Shown here piece by piece: positions 26,286 to 32,000 of a stretch of DNA of 32,000 nucleotides. Where the stretch lies: positions 2,130,001-2,162,000 of the forward strand of contig NZ_CP010341.1 of assembly GCF_000940845.1 (NCBI RefSeq), written 5' to 3'. Positions within the stretch are counted from its first letter, which is position 1; each line of letters begins with the position of its first letter. A program made the position numbers and the translations under genes. The DNA is from Propionibacterium freudenreichii subsp. freudenreichii. GTDB taxonomy: Bacteria; Actinomycetota; Actinomycetes; Propionibacteriales; Propionibacteriaceae. The notes under the pieces were generated by a model. That model ran no database searches. It saw only the letters and a list, made by a program, of their open reading frames with translations, and was not told the DNA's origin.

Positions 26286-27806
26286 TCAGCCTTCCCCGGT
26301 GCGACGCCGGTGCTCACTGTCGTCGTCGCCGTCGTGGCGCATGGCCCGGTCGAGCGAGATGAGGGCGTTCTCGACCACCTCGGCCAGCTCGGGATGGGCC
26401 CAGTACTGGCCCCGGGCCATCTCGATGGCGCTGATTCCGAAGCTGATCGCGGTGGTGCACAGCTGCCCCAGCTCGGGGGCCTCCGGCCCCACCACGTGGG
26501 CGGCGAGCAGCTTGCCGGTGGCGGGGTCGCCCACCAGCTTCACGAAGCTGTCGTCGTCGACCATCGCCCAGCCGTAGGCGACCGTCGAATAGGGCTGGAT
26601 GATGCTCACATAGTGCGTGCCGGCCGCGTCCAGCTCGTCGGTGGTCGGCCCCACCGAGTACATCGGCGGGTCGGAGAAGATCGCCTGGGGCACCGCGTCG
26701 CGCCGCGTGGCGATCATGGCGTCGGGATGCACCAGGTTGTGCTGCACCGTGCGGGCCTCGGCATTGGCCACGTGCTTGAGCAGGTGGTGGCTCGTCACAT
26801 CGCCGAGCGCCCAGATGCCGGGCTGGCTGGTGCGCTGCTGGTCGTCGACCACCACGAAGCCCTGGTCGTCGAGCGTGACGCCGGCCCTGCCCACCTCCAG
26901 CAGGTCGCCGTTGGGCTCACGTCCCACGGCGACCATCAGCGCGTCCACCGCATAGTCGTAGTCGATGCCGTCGGAATCGCTGGTCGACACGATGAGCCCG
27001 CCGGTCTCGGAGGCCTCCACATTGCTCAACGACTGGTTGAGCCGCACCGAGAAGCGTTCGGCGGCGAGCTTCGTGGCGGCCTCCCCCAGGTCGCGGTCGA
27101 GCTTGCGCAGCAGGCGCGCGCCGTGGTGCACCAGCGTCACCTTCGACCCGAAGGCCGAGAAGATGTGGCCGAACTCGAGCGCCTCGACGCCCCCGCCGAC
27201 GATCATCAGGTGCTTGGGCAGCGTCTTGATGCGCAGCAGGGTGTCGTTGGTGTGGATGAGGCCGGCCAGGTCGGGATCGTTCAGCCCGGGCACGTCCAGG
27301 GTGCGCGGACGCGAGCCGGCGGCCAGCACGAACTGGTCGGCGGTGATCACCCGGTCGCCCACCTGCAGGTGCTTGGCGTCGATGAAGGCGGCCGCCTCAC
27401 GGAAGACGGTGACATTCTCGTTCGACTCGCGATAGGCCAGCCCGTCGGTGGAGATCGCATTGGTGCGCCCGAAGACGCGCTGTTGGATGCCGGCGAAGTC
27501 GACCGCACCGCGGCTCAGCTCGACGCCGAGCCTGGCCGCACGGTCGGGCGAGGCCGCGAAGTCGGCCGGCACCACCATCATCTTGGTGGGGATGCACCCG
27601 ACGTTCAGGCAAGTGCCGCCGAACCATTCGCCCTCGCCCACGCCCTGGTCGACGATCGCGACCGACCAGTCATTGAATTCGTGGTTGACGATGGTGTTGC
27701 CCGAACCCGAGCCGATGATGCACAGGTCGAAGTGATCCGACGCCCCGCCGCCGGAATGCCGGCCCGCCCCAGAAAGCCCAGTTCCCCCAGAAGACTCAGT
27801 TGCCAT
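26286..27806 (-). CDS. mtr: Mycothione (mycothiol disulfide) reductase
   Basis: FDLCIIGSGSGN, redox-active GGTCLNVGCIPTK, LLKHVANAEARTVQHNL, and ARGQYWAHPELAEVVENAL, closely parallel to mycobacterial Mtr as I remember it. ATG 27806 is preceded by GGGAGGA. Confidence 0.88.
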   Translation of the reverse strand: MATESSGGTGLSGAGRHSGGGASDHFDLCIIGSGSGNTIVNHEFNDWSVAIVDQGVGEGEWFGGTCLNVGCIPTKMMVVPADFAASPDRAARLGVELSRGAVDFAGIQQRVFGRTNAISTDGLAYRESNENVTVFREAAAFIDAKHLQVGDRVITADQFVLAAGSRPRTLDVPGLNDPDLAGLIHTNDTLLRIKTLPKHLMIVGGGVEALEFGHIFSAFGSKVTLVHHGARLLRKLDRDLGEAATKLAAERFSVRLNQSLSNVEASETGGLIVSTSDSDGIDYDYAVDALMVAVGREPNGDLLEVGRAGVTLDDQGFVVVDDQQRTSQPGIWALGDVTSHHLLKHVANAEARTVQHNLVHPDAMIATRRDAVPQAIFSDPPMYSVGPTTDELDAAGTHYVSIIQPYSTVAYGWAMVDDDSFVKLVGDPATGKLLAAHVVGPEAPELGQLCTTAISFGISAIEMARGQYWAHPELAEVVENALISLDRAMRHDGDDDSEHRRRTGEG

Positions 27807-27921
27807 GCCCCAATCCTCCCACGCGCGCCGAAGGGCGGCATGCGGCACGGCCCACGCGTTGACGCCACCCGCGTCCGGCGCCACCGGCCGGGCGGGGCCG
27901 GGATCCGTGGTGGCCGGCTGG

Positions 27922-28605
27922 TCAGTTGCCGGAGCTGAAGGCGGCGTTCCCGTCGGAACCCAGCAGGTGGGCGGCCGGCTCGGAGTAGGTGATGTCGATG
28001 CACTCGTCGCCCAGGAAGTGGAACGAGGTGACCGAGGCCAGCGTGCTGGTGCGCGTCCACGGGAAGTGGAACAGCCGACGCCCCTCGAACGACAGGCGCG
28101 CGATCCAGATCGGCGACTGGTGGCTCACCACGAAGGCCTGGCCGCCGGGGCCGGCGGCGCGTGCGGAGTCGATGATCGCGGTGCGCATGCGTTGCGCGAT
28201 GTGCTCATAGGATTCGCCCCAGCTGGGGGTGAACGGATTGCGCAGCAGCTTCCAATTGCGCGGATCGACCAGCGCGGTCTTGTACCGGCCGAACTTCATG
28301 CCGGCGAACTTGTTGCCCGCCTCGATGAGGTTCGGGTCGTAGTGCACCTGCAGCCCGGGATGCTCGGCCGCCACCGGCGCCATCGTCTCGCGGGCCCGCA
28401 GCAGCGGGCTGGTGCGCAGGTGCGTCAGCGGCACATCGGCGAATTCGGCGGCCACCACCTGCGCCATCCGGGAGCCGTTGTCCGACAGGTGGTAGCCGGG
28501 CAGGCGCTCGTAGAGCACGGCCTGCGGATTGTGCACCTCACCATGGCGCATCACGTGCACGATGGTCTGCTGGTCACCCACTGGTTCTCCGATCCTTCCG
28601 CCCAC
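27922..28605 (-). CDS. Histidine phosphatase (phosphoglycerate mutase-like) family protein
   Basis: RHG motif VHVMRHGEVHNP and a later SHQ-type His. The alternative start GTG 28581 has a better SD (GGAGA). Confidence 0.75.
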   Translation of the reverse strand: MGGRIGEPVGDQQTIVHVMRHGEVHNPQAVLYERLPGYHLSDNGSRMAQVVAAEFADVPLTHLRTSPLLRARETMAPVAAEHPGLQVHYDPNLIEAGNKFAGMKFGRYKTALVDPRNWKLLRNPFTPSWGESYEHIAQRMRTAIIDSARAAGPGGQAFVVSHQSPIWIARLSFEGRRLFHFPWTRTSTLASVTSFHFLGDECIDITYSEPAAHLLGSDGNAAFSSGN

Positions 28606-28635
28606 TCGCCCGGGCCCGTGGGCCGCGGCGGGGCC

Positions 28636-30252
28636 CTATGACTTGTTCGTGCGGCGACGACGTCGCTGCGAGGGACGCTTCACGGGCTTGCCGGCCTCGA
28701 CGAGTGCCTTGGCGCGGCGTCGCGCCCCGTAGGCCAGGGAATCGGCCAGTTCGATCTGGCCGGGCGCGTCGGAGATCACGGCGACGTCCAGGCCGTGCTC
28801 CTCGCAGGTGACGGCGGTGGCCGGGCCGATCGCGGCCACCATGGTGGCGGCGTGCGGTTTGCCGGCAATGCCGATCAGATTGCGCACCGTGGTGCTCGAG
28901 GTGAACACCACCGCATCGAAATCGCCCGACTTGATGGCCTCGCGGATCGGGGCCGGCGGCGGCGAGGCGCGCACCGTGCGGTAGGCGGTCACGTCGTCGA
29001 CCTCCCAGCCCAACTCGGCCAGGCCCTCCGACAACGGCTCCGTGGCGATCTCGGCGCGCGGCACGAGCACGGAGTTCATCGGATCGACGATGTCGTCGTA
29101 GGCAGGAAATTCTGCGGCCAAACCGGCCACGGTGTGCACATCAGTGGGCGCCAGGTCGGGAATCAGGCCCCACGTCGAAAGATATTCGCGGGTTCCGTCG
29201 CCCACTGCGGCGATCTGCAGGCCCGACAGCGAGCGGGCATCGAGTCCGTACTCGGCCACCTTCGCCGCCACGGCACGCACCGCATTGACGCTGGTGAAGA
29301 TCACCCACTGGTAGTGCCCGTCGACCAGGCCACGGATGGCGCGGTCGAGCTGGGCGGCGTTGCGCGGCGGCTCCACGTCGATGGTGGGCACCTCGGTGCA
29401 GTGGGCGCCGTGCAGGCTGAGGCGCTCGATGAGTTCCTCATTGCGATCGCGGGTGAGGGGCACGAGCACCTGCCAGCCGAACAACGGCTTCGACTCGTAC
29501 CAGTTCATGCCCTCGGGGCGGTGGGAGGCCTTGCCGAAGACGATCGAGACCCGGTCATCGCCGGGTTCAATGGGGCTCTTCTTGCCCATCAGGGTGCCGA
29601 TGGTCGACATCTCGGAGTGCTGGCGCAGGGTGCCACCGTGGAAGGTGATGAGCACGTCCTCGTCGGGGGTGCGTGCGGCCTCGACGGCCGCCCGGGCCAC
29701 CATGGCGGCCTGCGAGGAATAGCAGCCGACCGCCAGCGAACCCGCAGCCGGGATCTCAGCGGTCTTGGCGCGATAGGGCAGGGAGATGAGTTGCACCGAC
29801 TGCCCGGGAAAGCTGACCCCGGCCAGGGTGGTCACCGAGGTGAGCGAGGGCACGCCCGGCACGATGTCAAGCATCAGGTCGGCGTCGATGTAGGCGCTGA
29901 CCTCGTCGGCGATATTGCCCTCGAGCAGGGGATCGCCACGCACGAAGCGGGCGACCGACTGGTCGTCGCCGGCGGCCTCGACCACGAATCGGGCCACATC
30001 GGGAAGGTCGCCGACAAAACGCGTCGCGTCCTTGTCGGGCACCTCGACGCCGGCCTCGTCGAGCATCTCGCGAAGCTCCGGCGTGGTCACCAGCATGGTG
30101 GCGCTGCTGAGCGCCCGCAGGCCGGCACGGGTCAACTGATCAGCCGACGAGAGCCCGCTACCGACAAAGACCACACGCCCATGGCACAACCTGCCTGCCA
30201 CATCGTCCGGCCCCGCATTGTCGGGGGCTTCGACATCGACTCGCTGACTCAT
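28636..30252 (-). CDS. hemD: Fusion of a tetrapyrrole-methylase-like domain with uroporphyrinogen-III synthase (HemD)
   Basis: 538 aa. The N-terminal half has the class-III methylase layout (VVFVGSG..., VRGDPLL, VPGVPSLTS). The C-terminal half is HemD-like (two alpha/beta repeats, WVIFTSVNAV / AVVFTSSTTV). Same architecture as the mycobacterial hemD fusion. Confidence 0.8.
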   Translation of the reverse strand: MSQRVDVEAPDNAGPDDVAGRLCHGRVVFVGSGLSSADQLTRAGLRALSSATMLVTTPELREMLDEAGVEVPDKDATRFVGDLPDVARFVVEAAGDDQSVARFVRGDPLLEGNIADEVSAYIDADLMLDIVPGVPSLTSVTTLAGVSFPGQSVQLISLPYRAKTAEIPAAGSLAVGCYSSQAAMVARAAVEAARTPDEDVLITFHGGTLRQHSEMSTIGTLMGKKSPIEPGDDRVSIVFGKASHRPEGMNWYESKPLFGWQVLVPLTRDRNEELIERLSLHGAHCTEVPTIDVEPPRNAAQLDRAIRGLVDGHYQWVIFTSVNAVRAVAAKVAEYGLDARSLSGLQIAAVGDGTREYLSTWGLIPDLAPTDVHTVAGLAAEFPAYDDIVDPMNSVLVPRAEIATEPLSEGLAELGWEVDDVTAYRTVRASPPPAPIREAIKSGDFDAVVFTSSTTVRNLIGIAGKPHAATMVAAIGPATAVTCEEHGLDVAVISDAPGQIELADSLAYGARRRAKALVEAGKPVKRPSQRRRRRTNKS

Positions 30253-30369
30253 TGACGGCTCGCCTTTACCGAATCAAGGGGGAAGCCGAACGTGACCAAT
30301 GTGGATGGGGGTGTCAGAGCCAGTGGCTGGCATCCGCCGAATTCACCTTGGGCGTTCGGCCGGGTGCAC

Positions 30370-30471
30370 TTACTTGCCTTGGCGGCGGCGCTGGATGCGC
30401 GTCTTCTTCAGAAGCTTACGGTGCTTCTTCTTCGCCATCCTCTTGCGACGCTTCTTGATAACCGAACCCAC
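30370..30471 (-). CDS. Actinobacterial small ribosomal subunit protein bS22 (33 aa)
   Basis: Too short for the ORF track. GTG start preceded by GAAAGG. Translation: (M)[32 protein letters not shown], nearly identical to the conserved mycobacterial bS22 (Rv0500B-type) peptide as I recall it. It lies downstream of proC, as in mycobacteria. Confidence 0.8.
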   Translation of the reverse strand: MGSVIKKRRKRMAKKKHRKLLKKTRIQRRRQGK

Positions 30472-30740
30472 AGTGGACCTTTCGTGTTTCGGACCTACGC
30501 CCGATGAATCTCGACCTACCGAACCTGCGTCCGGTGGGCCTATGACCTGGAAAACCTTCGGCGCCCCGCTCAGCGCACGGCGACTCGGCTACAAGGAACC
30601 AATAACACCAGCTGTTGCGTTGGCAATCCGCACCAGGGGCGCAGACCGGACTCCGACGAACAACGAAAGTCTACCCTGAGTGTCCAGACCGGGTGAAATC
30701 TCCACGTGGCAGCCCCACGTCCACCCGCGGAGGAAAACGA

Positions 30741-31601
30741 CTATCGGGCGTCGGCCTGCTCGGCGGCGGCCGCCAATTCCGCGCTGCGTCGGGCGCACGC
30801 CTCCACCGCATCCTGCACGGCGGAGCGCAGGCCGTGATCGTCGAGCTCGCGCAATGCCGCGGCGGTGGTGCCACCCGGCGAGGTGACCGCCTCGCGCAGC
30901 TGCGTCACCGAATCGTTGCCCTCGTCGAGCAGCCGCGCCGAGCCCAGCAGCGTCTGGGTTGCCAGCTCGGTGGCCAGGCCACGCGGCAGGCCCTGGGTGA
31001 CGCCGGCCTCGATGAGTGCCTCCACGAAGGCGAAGACATAGGCCGGACCCGACCCGGAGATGGCGGTGAGCGGGTCCTGCAGCTGCTCGGGGATCGCCAC
31101 GGCCCTGCCCACGGCGGACATCAGCGTGATCGCCGCCTGCACGTCGTGCTCGGTGGCCGTACGGCCGCCGGAGACGCCTGCCATGCCCGCCCCGACGCTG
31201 GCCGGGGTGTTGGGCATGACGCGCACCACGTGGACGGCCGGCGGCAGGTGTGCCGACAACAGGTCGGTGCTCAGCCCGGCACACAGGCTGATCATCACAT
31301 TGTCGGGCCCCAGTTCGGGGCTGATCTCGTCGAGCAACGCCAACGCGTCGGCCGGCTTGACGCCGATCACGATCGTGGACGCCCACGCGGCGGCCTGACG
31401 GTTGTCGGCGAATGCCTGCACGCCCAGCTCAGCGGCCAGCTTCTCGCGATGGGCCGGGGTGTGGGTGGTGACGGCGATGCCCGCGGCGTCACGGCCGGCC
31501 CGCACCAGGCCGGCAACGATCGTGCCGCCCATGGTGCCGGCCCCGAGAAAGGCCAGCCGATGGACGCGGTCAACGCTCGCTGCCGGGGTGCGGAGGGCCA
31601 T
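30741..31601 (-). CDS. proC: Pyrroline-5-carboxylate reductase
   Basis: 286 aa. NADP-binding LAFLGAGTMGGTI and a ProC C-terminal dimerisation domain (VTSPGGTTAAAL). Confidence 0.92.
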   Translation of the reverse strand: MALRTPAASVDRVHRLAFLGAGTMGGTIVAGLVRAGRDAAGIAVTTHTPAHREKLAAELGVQAFADNRQAAAWASTIVIGVKPADALALLDEISPELGPDNVMISLCAGLSTDLLSAHLPPAVHVVRVMPNTPASVGAGMAGVSGGRTATEHDVQAAITLMSAVGRAVAIPEQLQDPLTAISGSGPAYVFAFVEALIEAGVTQGLPRGLATELATQTLLGSARLLDEGNDSVTQLREAVTSPGGTTAAALRELDDHGLRSAVQDAVEACARRSAELAAAAEQADAR

Positions 31602-31604
31602 GGC

Positions 31605-32000
<396 letters not shown>

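Noticed and set aside
30472-30740. Rv0500A-like small HTH/excisionase-family ORF between proC and the bS22 gene.
   Set aside because: I translated all three minus-strand frames. None gives an HTH-like sequence (no ...MTVYRLV...-type segment), and the frames are interrupted or implausible.

Overview
High-G+C actinobacterial chromosomal segment, mostly housekeeping genes. The synteny resembles Mycobacterium: glnR...mshD...pst, ppk1-mutT1, and proC-bS22. Order of features: a partial secreted protein; an intact IS30-family element; typA; ygfZ; a nitrobindin-like gene; dtd; glnR. Next comes a block of about 5.7 kb (lipoprotein paralog remnants, ino1, a frameshifted 3-hydroxyisobutyrate-dehydrogenase-like gene, a CMD-cupin fusion, a nonsense-mutated galE). 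Then mshD; ppk; a Nudix/histidine-phosphatase mutT1-like gene; pstSCAB with a PHO-box-like direct repeat; divergent arsRC/arsDA; a GH3 lipoprotein; mycothione reductase; a histidine phosphatase; a hemD/cobA-type fusion; the 33-aa ribosomal protein bS22 (too short for the ORF track); proC; the 3' end of asd. I found no convincing novel multi-gene system such as a defence, toxin or secretion locus. The unusual signals are structural. (1) A 36-bp x5 hairpin tandem array fills an intercistronic gap and forms a micro-ORF coupled at both ends (GTGA/ATGA), like mycobacterial MIRUs. (2) Two further short tandem arrays are anchored on a start codon (dtd) and a stop codon (ino1). (3) About 189-bp direct repeats bracket a lipoprotein gene. 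(4) Two inactivated genes lie within about 2 kb of each other. (5) The ars cluster has arsD/arsA but no arsB/acr3 permease and abuts pstB stop-to-stop. All calls rest on reading the sequence and remembered family motifs. No database search was run.
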